The notes beneath the pieces were generated by a model. That model made no database searches and was not told where the DNA came from. It saw only the letters and a list, made by a program, of their open reading frames with translations. A program made the translations under genes and the position numbers. This document shows positions 50,519-59,603 of a stretch of 64,000 bases of DNA, piece after piece. The DNA is from Acidobacteriota bacterium (GTDB lineage Bacteria > Acidobacteriota > UBA6911 > RPQK01 > JADFOI01), in NCBI GenBank assembly GCA_963663035.1, contig OY760074.1, positions 1,568,001 through 1,632,000 of the forward strand, given 5' to 3'. Numbering within the stretch: the stretch's first letter is position 1; every line of letters begins with the position of its first letter.

Positions 50519-51484
50519 ATGGGCGACTTCCTCATACAGCAGTGGTGGCTACCGATCGTGATTGTTGGCTCCCTGCTGCCCCTCATCAAGCAGATAGCCG
50601 GCCAGGGCCTCGGCGCCACCCTCCAGTCACTGGATCGCCGCTGGATCTTTCTGCTCATGCTGTGGGCCGTTCTGGTGCCTATCTACTTCATTGGCCTCAC
50701 CGGCCTAACCTTCCCCGAAGTCCCGGGCGAACTGGCCCAGGCCACCTTCAACGAGATTGAGAGGCTCCAGGAAGGCGATCCCATCCTGCTGTCGTTTGAC
50801 TTCGACCCGGCCAGCGAAGGCGAGCTGGGTCCGATGGCGACCGCCTTTGTGAAGCACGCTGCCTCCAAAAAGCTCAAGATGTACTTCATGGCACTTTGGC
50901 CAGTCGGTCCACAAATGATCGACGATGCGATCAACGACGTCATCCGCTCCGACTACCCGGAAATGGTCTACGGTGAGGACTATGTCAACCTCGGCTTCAA
51001 GTCGGGCGGAGAAGGCGTCATCAAGGTCATCGTCACCAACCTGCGGGAGCTGTACACGACAGACAGTCGGGGCACGGCCGTTCAGAACATTCCGATGATG
51101 ACCGGTATCGAAAACATCCAGCAGATGGAGCTGATCATCAACGTCTCTGCAGGCTACCCCGGAACCAAAGAGTGGGTGCAGTACGCCTCGACGCCCTACC
51201 CGGATCGTATCCGGCTGGTGGCGGGGGCTACCGGGGTGCAGGCGCCGCTACTCTATCCCTACATTCCCAGCCAGCTGCCAGGGCTGCTGGGAGCCATCAA
51301 GGGTGCTGCCGAATACGAGAAGCTGGTGGTCGACAAGTACGGTGGCCCGAACCCCGATCCCAAATACCTGGAGGGCCTTCGCCGCATGGGTCCGCAGCTG
51401 GTCGCCCACCTGCTCATCATCATCCTGATCGTGGTGGCGAATGTCCTCTACTTCGTCGGCCTCAAGCAAGAGGCGCGCCCATGA
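50519..51484 (+). CDS. Uncharacterised membrane-anchored protein with a large alpha/beta soluble domain
   Basis: DRRWIF + TM, FDFDPAS.GEL.PM, YG.DYVNLGF and QL.GLLG.IKGAAEYE motifs, C-terminal TM. Confidence 0.8.
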   Translation: MGDFLIQQWWLPIVIVGSLLPLIKQIAGQGLGATLQSLDRRWIFLLMLWAVLVPIYFIGLTGLTFPEVPGELAQATFNEIERLQEGDPILLSFDFDPASEGELGPMATAFVKHAASKKLKMYFMALWPVGPQMIDDAINDVIRSDYPEMVYGEDYVNLGFKSGGEGVIKVIVTNLRELYTTDSRGTAVQNIPMMTGIENIQQMELIINVSAGYPGTKEWVQYASTPYPDRIRLVAGATGVQAPLLYPYIPSQLPGLLGAIKGAAEYEKLVVDKYGGPNPDPKYLEGLRRMGPQLVAHLLIIILIVVANVLYFVGLKQEARP

Positions 51485-52401
51485 AGCGGGAAACAACGGT
51501 TTGGCTGATACTCATGCTGTTGGGCGCCGCCGGTCTCATCGGGCGGGCCGCCTTCACCTCCCCGGGCATGGGCCGGGAATACGTGCAGGCCGTGTCCATC
51601 GCTGACGGCCAGCGGACACAATACCAGCAGGCAACCTTTGCGCAGTACCAGGGAGCCCTGGCCGCCGATTCGAACCAGACTGAATTCCTCTTTAGCCTGC
51701 CTCGCACGATCGGACTGTGGATCGCAGCCTTCTTCACGCTGGCCATCTTCTCTTTCCTCTATAGAGACAATCCCTTTTACCGAGCGGCCGAGTCCATTGT
51801 GGTTGGCGTCTCGGCCGGTTACTGGATGGTGGTCGGCTTCTGGGACGTGCTGGTACCCAACCTGTTCGGCAAGATTTTACCCGAAGTGGTCCAGGCCACA
51901 GCCATGCCAGGCCTCAGCGGACCAGAGGCGGAGCGCAACCTCTCGTATGTCATCCCGCTGGTCCTGGGCATTATGCTGCTGTGGCGGCTTTCGCCCAAGG
52001 GTGCCTGGATCTCCCGCTGGCCGTTGGCTTTTATCATCGGGACCACCGCCGGGCTGAGAATGATCGCGTTTTTGCACGGCGACTTTCTCGCCCAGATTCG
52101 CAACTCCATCCTGCCCCTGGTCGTGATCAACCAGGGGGCTTTCGACTTCTCAGCGTCGCTGACCAACCTGATAATGTTGGTCGGCGTGCTCTGCTGTCTC
52201 ACCTACTTTTTCTTCTCCTTCGAGCACAAGGGTGTTGTGGGGGGCGCGGCCAAGGTGGGTATCTGGATCTTGATGATTACTTTCGGTGCCGCCTTCGGCT
52301 ACACGGTCATGGGACGTATTGCGCTGCTGGCCATCCGCCTTGAGTTTCTACTCGATGACTGGCTCTGGCTGATCGATCCGCTCGGGAGACGTCTGCTGTA
52401 A
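51481..52401 (+). CDS. Uncharacterised integral membrane protein (~7 TM)
   Basis: Start MKRET at 51481 (ATGA overlap); TLAIFSFLYRDNP.YR.AE, LTYFFFS.EH and MITFGAAFGYTVMGR motifs. Confidence 0.8.
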   Translation: MKRETTVWLILMLLGAAGLIGRAAFTSPGMGREYVQAVSIADGQRTQYQQATFAQYQGALAADSNQTEFLFSLPRTIGLWIAAFFTLAIFSFLYRDNPFYRAAESIVVGVSAGYWMVVGFWDVLVPNLFGKILPEVVQATAMPGLSGPEAERNLSYVIPLVLGIMLLWRLSPKGAWISRWPLAFIIGTTAGLRMIAFLHGDFLAQIRNSILPLVVINQGAFDFSASLTNLIMLVGVLCCLTYFFFSFEHKGVVGGAAKVGIWILMITFGAAFGYTVMGRIALLAIRLEFLLDDWLWLIDPLGRRLL

Positions 52402-52409
52402 GCAGAAGA

Positions 52410-52436
52410 TGGGGGGCGGCGTCCCTCCACTTTTTC
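52410..52436 (+). terminator. Possible intrinsic terminator of the 44968-52401 operon
   Basis: GC-rich hairpin TGGGGGGCG-GCG-TCCCTCCA followed by a T6 run. Confidence 0.4.
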
Positions 52437-52870
52437 TAGCGAATACCCGTGATGTAGTTCTCAAGCTGAGAGATCACGAACTCCTGCTCAGAGATGACGG
52501 CCTTGACCACGTCCCCGATGGAGATCACGCCAACCAACTTCTCGTCTTCCAGGACAGGCAGATGCCGGATACGTCTATCCGTCATAAGGGCCATACACTC
52601 TTCAATGGTCTGGTCGGTGCGAACACAGGACACCCGGCGGCTCATGATTTCTCCAATGGTCGTGCCCCGGGAAGTTTTCCCCTTCAAAACCACCTTCCTG
52701 GCGTAATCCCTTTCTGAAAAAATACCCACCAGATCATCCCCGTCCAGCACGAGCAGGGCCCCGATGCGGTGCTCATCCATAAGCTGCAGGGCGTCATACA
52801 CCGAGGTATCGGGTCTGGCGGACCACAGATCGTGGCCTTTGGTTTGCAATAGCTGCCGGATGGTGTTCAT
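52436..52870 (-). CDS. CBS-domain pair protein
   Basis: GIFSERDYARKV, IRHLPV and ISIGDVVK motifs. Confidence 0.92.
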   Translation of the reverse strand: MNTIRQLLQTKGHDLWSARPDTSVYDALQLMDEHRIGALLVLDGDDLVGIFSERDYARKVVLKGKTSRGTTIGEIMSRRVSCVRTDQTIEECMALMTDRRIRHLPVLEDEKLVGVISIGDVVKAVISEQEFVISQLENYITGIR

Positions 52871-52968
52871 CGCCTCACTCCTCCGTCAACGAGGTGAATT
52901 TTCCCCTATTATGCCTCACACTTGGCTCTGGAGAAAGGGATTTGGCCCGAAAAATGACATTTCCAAGC

Positions 52969-54372
52969 TCAGAGCCCTTCTTTCACAGCAGCCGTGAGAG
53001 CTATGGCCACCTGTTTGGCATCGCCAAAGAGCATGAGAGCATTGTCTGCAGCAAACAGAGGGTTGGCAATTCCGGCGAATCCCGGACTGAGGCTTCTCTT
53101 GATGACCACGACCGAACGGGCCTGGTCCACATCCAAAATCGGCATGCCAGCAATGGGAATGGAGGGATCTGACTCTCGGGCCAGGGGGTTGACCACGTCG
53201 TTGGCGCCGATGACCAGCACCACATCGGTCTGCCGGAAGGTGGGGTTGATTTCATCCATGTCCTTCAATTTCTCGTAGGGTATATTGGCCTCCGCCAGCA
53301 GGACATTCATGTGTCCCGGCATCCGTCCAGCAACGGGATGAACAGCAAATTCCACCTCAACTCCTTTGGATTCCAACAGCTGGGCCAGATCCTGCACCAC
53401 GAACTGGGCCTGGGCAACGGCCATTCCATAGCCGGGAACGACGATCACCCGCCGGGCATCCTGCAACAGCATCGCCACTTCCTCCGCGGAGGCCGATTTG
53501 ACTCGCCCACTGTAAATGTCTTCACTCTCCTCTGCGGTCGCTACGGCGGCCCCTACGCCGGCAAACATAACGTTCGCCAGGGAGCGGTTCATGGCCCGGC
53601 ACATCAGAGCGGTGAGTATGAAGCCCGCGGCGCCCACCAGGGAGCCAGCAATGATCAGCACGCTGTTGTTCAGCACCCACCCGTGACCGGCAGCTGCCAC
53701 TCCTGAATAAGAGTTGAGCAGGGCGATGACTACCGGCATGTCGGCCCCTCCAATGGGTATGACCAGCATAATCCCCAGAAGAGAGGCAACCCCGGCCAAG
53801 ACCCAGAAGGGCAGTGAGGATGTGGGATCCAAGACCAGCCACACACTCAAGCCCAGGCAGATCATTACCAGCACGATGTTGAGGACGTGTCGGCCTGCTA
53901 GAAGGACCGGTCTCTCGTTGACCAGTCCCTGGAGTTTGCCAAAGGCAACGGCGCTGCCGGTGAAAGAGACTCCGCCAATGAGGGCAGAGAGTGCGGCGGC
54001 CACCGTGAACTGGACGGAGATTTCTTCGACGAATCCTCCTCTGAGTGCCTCTTCCAGGGCGGCTCCCACCGCCAGGGCCGAGGCACCACCTCCAAAGCCG
54101 TTGAAAACGGCGACCACTTGGGGCATAGCGGTCATGGATGTTCGGTAGGCAAGGATCACCCCCACCAGAGCACCCACCACCAGTCCCGCCACAATGATCT
54201 CAAAGCTGACGATGCGCCTGTCCAGGAGTGTCACCACCACCGCCAGGAGCATGCCCGCTGATCCCAGAAGATTGCCCCGTACGGCCGTGCGGGGATGGGA
54301 CAGTCCTTTCAGCCCGAGGATAAAGAGGACGGCGGCAATCAGGTAAAAGAGGTCAATGAGTGCTTGTGACAA
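52969..54372 (-). CDS. pntB: NAD(P) transhydrogenase beta subunit
   Basis: GGADMPVVIALLNSYSG, VPGYGMAVAQAQ, HPVAGRMPGHMNVLLAEA and GANDVVNP motifs. Confidence 0.97.
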   Translation of the reverse strand: MSQALIDLFYLIAAVLFILGLKGLSHPRTAVRGNLLGSAGMLLAVVVTLLDRRIVSFEIIVAGLVVGALVGVILAYRTSMTAMPQVVAVFNGFGGGASALAVGAALEEALRGGFVEEISVQFTVAAALSALIGGVSFTGSAVAFGKLQGLVNERPVLLAGRHVLNIVLVMICLGLSVWLVLDPTSSLPFWVLAGVASLLGIMLVIPIGGADMPVVIALLNSYSGVAAAGHGWVLNNSVLIIAGSLVGAAGFILTALMCRAMNRSLANVMFAGVGAAVATAEESEDIYSGRVKSASAEEVAMLLQDARRVIVVPGYGMAVAQAQFVVQDLAQLLESKGVEVEFAVHPVAGRMPGHMNVLLAEANIPYEKLKDMDEINPTFRQTDVVLVIGANDVVNPLARESDPSIPIAGMPILDVDQARSVVVIKRSLSPGFAGIANPLFAADNALMLFGDAKQVAIALTAAVKEGL

Positions 54373-54381
54373 TGTTTTTCC

Positions 54382-54663
54382 TTATTCCTTGCGACGAAAC
54401 ATTGCCAGCATGCGGTGAGTGATCAGGAAGCCTCCTACCACGTTGGCCGTCGCCATGGCCACGGCCAGGAAGCCTAGAATCGTGGTAAAAGTTGTCAATT
54501 GCAAGCCCGAGGTCACCAGGGTTCCCACCAGGGTAATGCCCGAGATCGCATTGGCTCCCGACATCAGGGGGGTGTGCAGGAGAGGTGGCACCTTGGTGAT
54601 CACCTCAAAGCCCACAAAAAGAGCCAACACAAAGATGGTCAAGGCCGCTACGAAAACTTCCAT
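54382..54663 (-). CDS. pntAb: NAD(P) transhydrogenase alpha-2 subunit
   Basis: LHTPLMSGANAISGI and NVVGGF..T.RML.MF motifs. Confidence 0.95.
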   Translation of the reverse strand: MEVFVAALTIFVLALFVGFEVITKVPPLLHTPLMSGANAISGITLVGTLVTSGLQLTTFTTILGFLAVAMATANVVGGFLITHRMLAMFRRKE

Positions 54664-55859
54664 CAGGATTTGCTCCTTCCATCGCCAATGGAAGCAGAGG
54701 CGGGTCCGGCCAGAAGTTCTCGCACCTGGGCATTGACCACCTCTCCCTGGTGAGTGAGAAGACTCTCGCCAATGATCTCGTCTTCCAAATTGAGCTGCAC
54801 TTGGCCGTCCTTCACCAGGTTCTGAAGGAAGGCTGTGACATTTCTGGAATACATCTGGCTGGCATGGTAAGGGACGGTGGAGGGCAAGTCGACAGGCCCC
54901 AGAATCGTGACGCCGTGACGCTCTACCGTTTCCCCGGGTTGAGTCAGCTCACAGTTCCCCCCCGAATCGGCAGCCAGATCCAGGATCACGGATCCCGGGC
55001 GCATTCCCTGGACCGCAGCCTCGGGAATGAGCATCGGTGCCTTCTTCCCCGATACCGCCGCCGTAGTGATAACGACATCGCTTTCGGCAATCACTCGCGT
55101 CATCAGCTCTCGCTGGCGCCGGTAAAAGTCCTCCTCCATGGTGCGGGCATATCCCCCAGATTCCTCTGCATCCGCGCTCTTCAACTCCAGTTCCAGGAAC
55201 TTGACCCCCAGGCTCTCCACTTGCTCCTTGACCGCAGGCCGCACATCGTAAGCCTGCACCACTGCCCCCAGGCGGTGAGCGGTGGCAATGGCTTGCAGCC
55301 CGGCTACGCCTGCTCCGATGACAAGCACTCGAGCCGGGGAGAGGGTTCCGGCGGCGGTCATCATCAAGGGATACATCTTGTGGAGCGCCCCGGCCGCCAC
55401 CAGAACGGCTTTGTAGCCAGCCACCGTGGCCATGGAGGTCAGCGCATCCATGGGCTGTGCTCGGCTGATCCGTGGAAGCAGCTCCAGCGCAAAGGCGGTG
55501 ATTCCCCTTTCGGCCAGCTCTCGCGCGACTTCCGGCGCCCCCAAGGGGTTCAGGAGGCCCAGCACGATCTGACCCCGGCGCATCAAGTCCAGATCTTCCT
55601 GGCCCACACCAGGGTTGGCATCCAGAGGATGCACTTGCAAGAGCACATCGGCCGAGGCAAACACTTCCTTGCGATCCGGTGCCAGGCGCGCTCCCTGATC
55701 CTGGTAGTCGGCGTCGGGAAAGCCGGCCCTTTGACCCGCTCCGCTTTGCACCAGAACCTCCAGGCCGGCTTCGGCCAACTTCGGCACCTCCCCAGGCACC
55801 AGGGCTACCCGCCGCTCCTCAGGATAGGTCTCAACAGCTACTCCGACGATCATCTCCAC
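54663..55859 (-). CDS. pntAa: NAD(P) transhydrogenase alpha-1 subunit
   Basis: ERRVALVP, PRISRAQ.MDAL, GAGVAGLQAI and DLAA..GGNCE motifs. Confidence 0.95.
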   Translation of the reverse strand: MEMIVGVAVETYPEERRVALVPGEVPKLAEAGLEVLVQSGAGQRAGFPDADYQDQGARLAPDRKEVFASADVLLQVHPLDANPGVGQEDLDLMRRGQIVLGLLNPLGAPEVARELAERGITAFALELLPRISRAQPMDALTSMATVAGYKAVLVAAGALHKMYPLMMTAAGTLSPARVLVIGAGVAGLQAIATAHRLGAVVQAYDVRPAVKEQVESLGVKFLELELKSADAEESGGYARTMEEDFYRRQRELMTRVIAESDVVITTAAVSGKKAPMLIPEAAVQGMRPGSVILDLAADSGGNCELTQPGETVERHGVTILGPVDLPSTVPYHASQMYSRNVTAFLQNLVKDGQVQLNLEDEIIGESLLTHQGEVVNAQVRELLAGPASASIGDGRSKS

Positions 55860-55896
55860 CTCAATAGTTAGCCTGGATTATCCATAATTCGCGCTG

Positions 55897-56168
55897 GTGT
55901 CTCGTCCCATGAATACCATGACGTTTGTGGCGAGCGCGACGGCGTCGAGTTCGCGAAGCGACGACGACGCGATGTCAGTGACATCGTGGAGGAGGAGCGA
56001 CAAAGGAATTGATGCCGTCCCGCCGCCACCCTTTGGGCTAATGGGGGTTGCGGGCGATCTCTGTGTCGCTCGTCGTCGCCGATGTCCCTACATCACCTCC
56101 TCCTCGCTCCTTGATCTCCCCTCCCAAGCCCCATCAGCAAACATCTGGGTATACATGGGACGAGACAC
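55897..56168. mobile_element. MITE-like element, family 2
   Basis: TIRs GTGTCTCGTCCCATG / CATGGGACGAGACAC; the core is homologous to the inner element at 24450-24672. Confidence 0.75.
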
Positions 56169-56203
56169 TAAAGCATATCTTAAGAGGTCTGACCCTGAAA
56201 GGA

Positions 56204-56959
56204 TTATCCCGGCATGATATCGCCGCCGTTTTGATAAACAATCTGACCGGTAAACCAGCGACAGTCATCGGAAGCCAGAAAGAGGACCATGGAGGCGATC
56301 TCCTCGGGCATTCCGATCCGACCCAGCGGAAGCTCTGCACCCAGTCTCCGCTTATCTTCCTCCGTATAGAGCCTTCCCCCGCGGGGCAAGGGAGTGTCCA
56401 CCGGGCCAGGAGCCACAGCATTGACCAAAACCCCGTAAGGAGCGCCTTCCAGGGCCAGCGATTTGGTGAGTGCATTGACCCCTGCTTTGGAGGCGGCATA
56501 GTGAGCCGCAAATGGAATTCCCCTTGCTGCATGCCCAGCGGAGATATTGATGATTCTGCCCCCCTGCTGAGCGATCATGTGTCCAAGCACTTCTTTGCAA
56601 GCTAAAAAGGTGCCTTTGAGGTTGACGGCGATCACCTTGTCCCACTCCTTCTCCTCGACTTCCTGAACCGTTGCATGGGGAAAGATGCCGGCCGAGTTGA
56701 CCAGGATGTCTATCTTTTCAAAGGCTTCCAGAGTCTGCCGGACCAGCTCCTGGACCTGTTTCCGCTGGGTGACGTCCACGATACTCCCCAGGGCCTGCTG
56801 TCCGCTTTCCTGGATTTCCTGCAAGACTCCTTCAACGCGTTCTGCTTCAAGATCACCGATTGCAACGGCTGCACCATGGCTCGCTAAGGCGAGAGCAGTA
56901 GCTCGTCCAATCCCACTCCCTCCACCCATGACGATAGCCGTTTTTCCCTGAACATCCAT
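56204..56959 (-). CDS. Short-chain dehydrogenase/reductase (FabG-like)
   Basis: GGGSGIG, NSAG, YAASK and VNAVAPG motifs. Confidence 0.92.
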   Translation of the reverse strand: MDVQGKTAIVMGGGSGIGRATALALASHGAAVAIGDLEAERVEGVLQEIQESGQQALGSIVDVTQRKQVQELVRQTLEAFEKIDILVNSAGIFPHATVQEVEEKEWDKVIAVNLKGTFLACKEVLGHMIAQQGGRIINISAGHAARGIPFAAHYAASKAGVNALTKSLALEGAPYGVLVNAVAPGPVDTPLPRGGRLYTEEDKRRLGAELPLGRIGMPEEIASMVLFLASDDCRWFTGQIVYQNGGDIMPG

Positions 56960-57131
56960 ACTAGCCCTCCCAAAATGGCGTACAAGATATCACCCCTTCA
57001 CGAGCCTCTCAAGTCCAACTGCCGGAAGAGTGACAAACACTAACTTTCTGGTTTGTTCTTGACATGCCTGAGAATGTTTACTAAATAACAGGGCTTCAAC
57101 AGTTCTGAAGTCTCTTTCCGAACAGGAGTAT

Positions 57132-57881
57132 GTGATGGGAGAATTTGAAGGTCGTGTGGTGGTTGTGACCGGTGGCGGAATTGGACTGGGTAAAGCCTTC
57201 TCTCGAGGTTTTGCCGCTGCCGGCGCGCAGGTGGTGGTTGCCGACATTGCAGAAGAGGAGGCCAAGACCATCGCAGAGGAGATCAATGGACTGGCGGTGC
57301 GTGTGGATGTCTCCAGTGAATCCGATACACAGGCCATGGCCAAGGCCGCGCATGATAAGTATGGACGCATCGACGTTCTGATTAATAACGCCTCCCTTTG
57401 GACTGCGCTTCTTCCCATGAAGCCCTGGACCGAGATTCCTGTTGAGGAATGGGACCGGGTGATGGCGGTCAATGTCAAAGGCTACTTTCTGGCGGCACGA
57501 GCGGTGTTCCCCTACATGAAAGAACAAGGATGGGGACGCATTGTCAACCTCTCCTCCAATACTGCCCTGAGCGGCGTCCCCGGCATATTGCACTATGTGA
57601 CCTCGAAGGGAGCCGCTATTGGATTCACCCGGGCCCTGGCTCGGGAAATCGGTAAGGAGGGGATCACGGTCAACGCCATAACCCCTGGCCTGACCTCCAC
57701 GGAAGGTGTCAAGCAGCATTATTCAGAAGAGATGTTGGAATCGCGAGTCACCGCTCGATCCATCCAGCGCATACAGCAACCCGATGATTTAGTGGGAGCG
57801 GTGATGTTTTTGGCCTCGGAGTCAGCCGGGTTCATCACCGGTCAGGTTCTGAACATCGACGGCGGGCAGCTCATGCACTAA
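57132..57881 (+). CDS. Short-chain dehydrogenase/reductase
   Basis: TGGGIGLG, NNAS, YVTSK and VNAITPG motifs. Confidence 0.92.
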   Translation: MMGEFEGRVVVVTGGGIGLGKAFSRGFAAAGAQVVVADIAEEEAKTIAEEINGLAVRVDVSSESDTQAMAKAAHDKYGRIDVLINNASLWTALLPMKPWTEIPVEEWDRVMAVNVKGYFLAARAVFPYMKEQGWGRIVNLSSNTALSGVPGILHYVTSKGAAIGFTRALAREIGKEGITVNAITPGLTSTEGVKQHYSEEMLESRVTARSIQRIQQPDDLVGAVMFLASESAGFITGQVLNIDGGQLMH

Positions 57882-57942
57882 CCCCGTCGAAACATCATTC
57901 GCGTAACTTCGAGACTATTCTTTAAGGAGAGGAGAAAACTTT

Positions 57943-59589
57943 ATGAAGAAGTATGAATTTGACGGTGTCATTATAGGAGCTGGTCACAATGCCCTGGTCA
58001 TGGCCGGATACTTGGCCAAATCCGGTTTGAAAGTGGCGGTGTTGGAGCGAACTGCTTTTGTGGGGGGAGGCGCCGGCACCTTTCCGAGTCCTTTCCACCC
58101 CGGCTTTGTGCACGAATACCACTCCCAGTTTCATCGTGGCATCCCCAATCTTCCCTGGTACAAGGACCTGGACCTGGACAACTACGGACTCGAGTATATC
58201 TATCCCCCGGTGAACAACGGAATGCCTTTGAGTGACGGCCGGAACCTGATCGTTCATGCTGATCCGGAGATCACCAAGAAGTCCATCGAGAGGTTTTCCA
58301 AAAAGGATGCGGAGACTTATTTCAAGATTTACCATAAGTACGCGGATATGGGCCGCAAGATCTGGTTCGTCAGGGATTACTCTCCCCCCATCCACCCCGA
58401 TGAGGAAGAGGAATTGCTGAAAAAAAGCCAGGTGGGCCGGGAGTTCCTGGAGCTCAACAAGAAAAGCGCTCACGAAATGGTTCACGAACTTTTCGAGAAC
58501 GATGCTTTGCGGGCCTTCTATCTATTCCTCTTTTCGGTCAGAGGATACCTGCCCGTTCCCACCGTGAAAAACACTGGCTTTTCCATCGTGGCTATGACCG
58601 TCATGGGAAACAAGGCCATGATGCCCAGGGGGGGAGCACGTCAGCTGACCAATGCTTTGAGCTGGATGGTCGCCCGTCACAACGGCACCTTTTTTCCGGC
58701 CACGGAAGTGGCCGAGATTATCATCGAGAACGGTCGAGCTGCCGGCGTGGAGGCAGTGGATGGCCGCAAATTCATGGCCAAGAAGTTTGTCGTCAGCAGT
58801 GTCGATCCCACCCAAACCTTTCTACGATTCATCAGCGAAAAACACCTGGACAGTGCGATCATCGAGGGAATCAAGAACTATAAGTACGGTGTCTCGGGCA
58901 AGAGCTTCGGTGTGCTTTTCGCCCTTCATGCGGCCACCCATGAGCCGCCCCACTACACTTCCGCGAAGTGGGATCCAATGATCAACCAAGCTTTCAACAC
59001 CTGTGTCGGTTATGAGACACCCGAAGAGGTTGTCGGCCATCTCAGTGAAGTCATGGAAGGGACACCCACCGAGAACCTTGGAATCCAATGTGCGGTCCCG
59101 ACACTGTTCGATCCGAGCCGCTCACCCAATGGAAAGCATGTTTTGCTGGCCTGGCAATTTGCACCCTACTCCATTAAAGACGGAGGCCCCGAGCAATGGG
59201 AGAAGATCAAGGATCAGTATCTCGAAAAGGTCTTGGCCCGCTGGGCGGAGTATGCTCCCAATTTAGACCCCAACGGGAAGAACATCATCTACAAGTTTTC
59301 CGAGACACCTCCTGACACTGAACGCCATTTGATCAATATGCGCGAAGGAGATTTCCACGTAGGGGCGCTCATTCCGGAACAGTTGGGCTATAACCGGCCA
59401 ATTCCACAGCTCTCCGGCTATAAAGCTCCCATCGATAACCTCTATCTCACCGGGGCTGGAACCCATCCCGGGGGCAACATCACCGGAGCCCCTGGGTACA
59501 ATGCCGCTCAAGTCGTGATTCGGGACCTGGGCATGGACGTGTGGTGGAATCCACCGGACCCGAGAAAAGTATGGTCCGAGATGGATTGA
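57943..59589 (+). CDS. Phytoene-desaturase-like FAD-dependent oxidoreductase
   Basis: IIGAGHN.LV.A.YLA..GLKV.VLER and NLYLTGAGTHPGG.ITGAPGYNAA motifs. Confidence 0.88.
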   Translation: MKKYEFDGVIIGAGHNALVMAGYLAKSGLKVAVLERTAFVGGGAGTFPSPFHPGFVHEYHSQFHRGIPNLPWYKDLDLDNYGLEYIYPPVNNGMPLSDGRNLIVHADPEITKKSIERFSKKDAETYFKIYHKYADMGRKIWFVRDYSPPIHPDEEEELLKKSQVGREFLELNKKSAHEMVHELFENDALRAFYLFLFSVRGYLPVPTVKNTGFSIVAMTVMGNKAMMPRGGARQLTNALSWMVARHNGTFFPATEVAEIIIENGRAAGVEAVDGRKFMAKKFVVSSVDPTQTFLRFISEKHLDSAIIEGIKNYKYGVSGKSFGVLFALHAATHEPPHYTSAKWDPMINQAFNTCVGYETPEEVVGHLSEVMEGTPTENLGIQCAVPTLFDPSRSPNGKHVLLAWQFAPYSIKDGGPEQWEKIKDQYLEKVLARWAEYAPNLDPNGKNIIYKFSETPPDTERHLINMREGDFHVGALIPEQLGYNRPIPQLSGYKAPIDNLYLTGAGTHPGGNITGAPGYNAAQVVIRDLGMDVWWNPPDPRKVWSEMD

Positions 59590-59603
59590 CCGGAGGCAGT
59601 GGC

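Noticed and set aside
19773-55871. Long antisense ORFs (e.g. 19773-20888, 32032-32895, 45539-46777, 54750-55871)
   Set aside because: These are shadow frames opposite well-supported genes in moderately GC-rich DNA.
57943-59589. crtI carotenoid pathway
   Set aside because: There is no phytoene synthase or other crt gene, and the context is SDRs and a CoA ligase.
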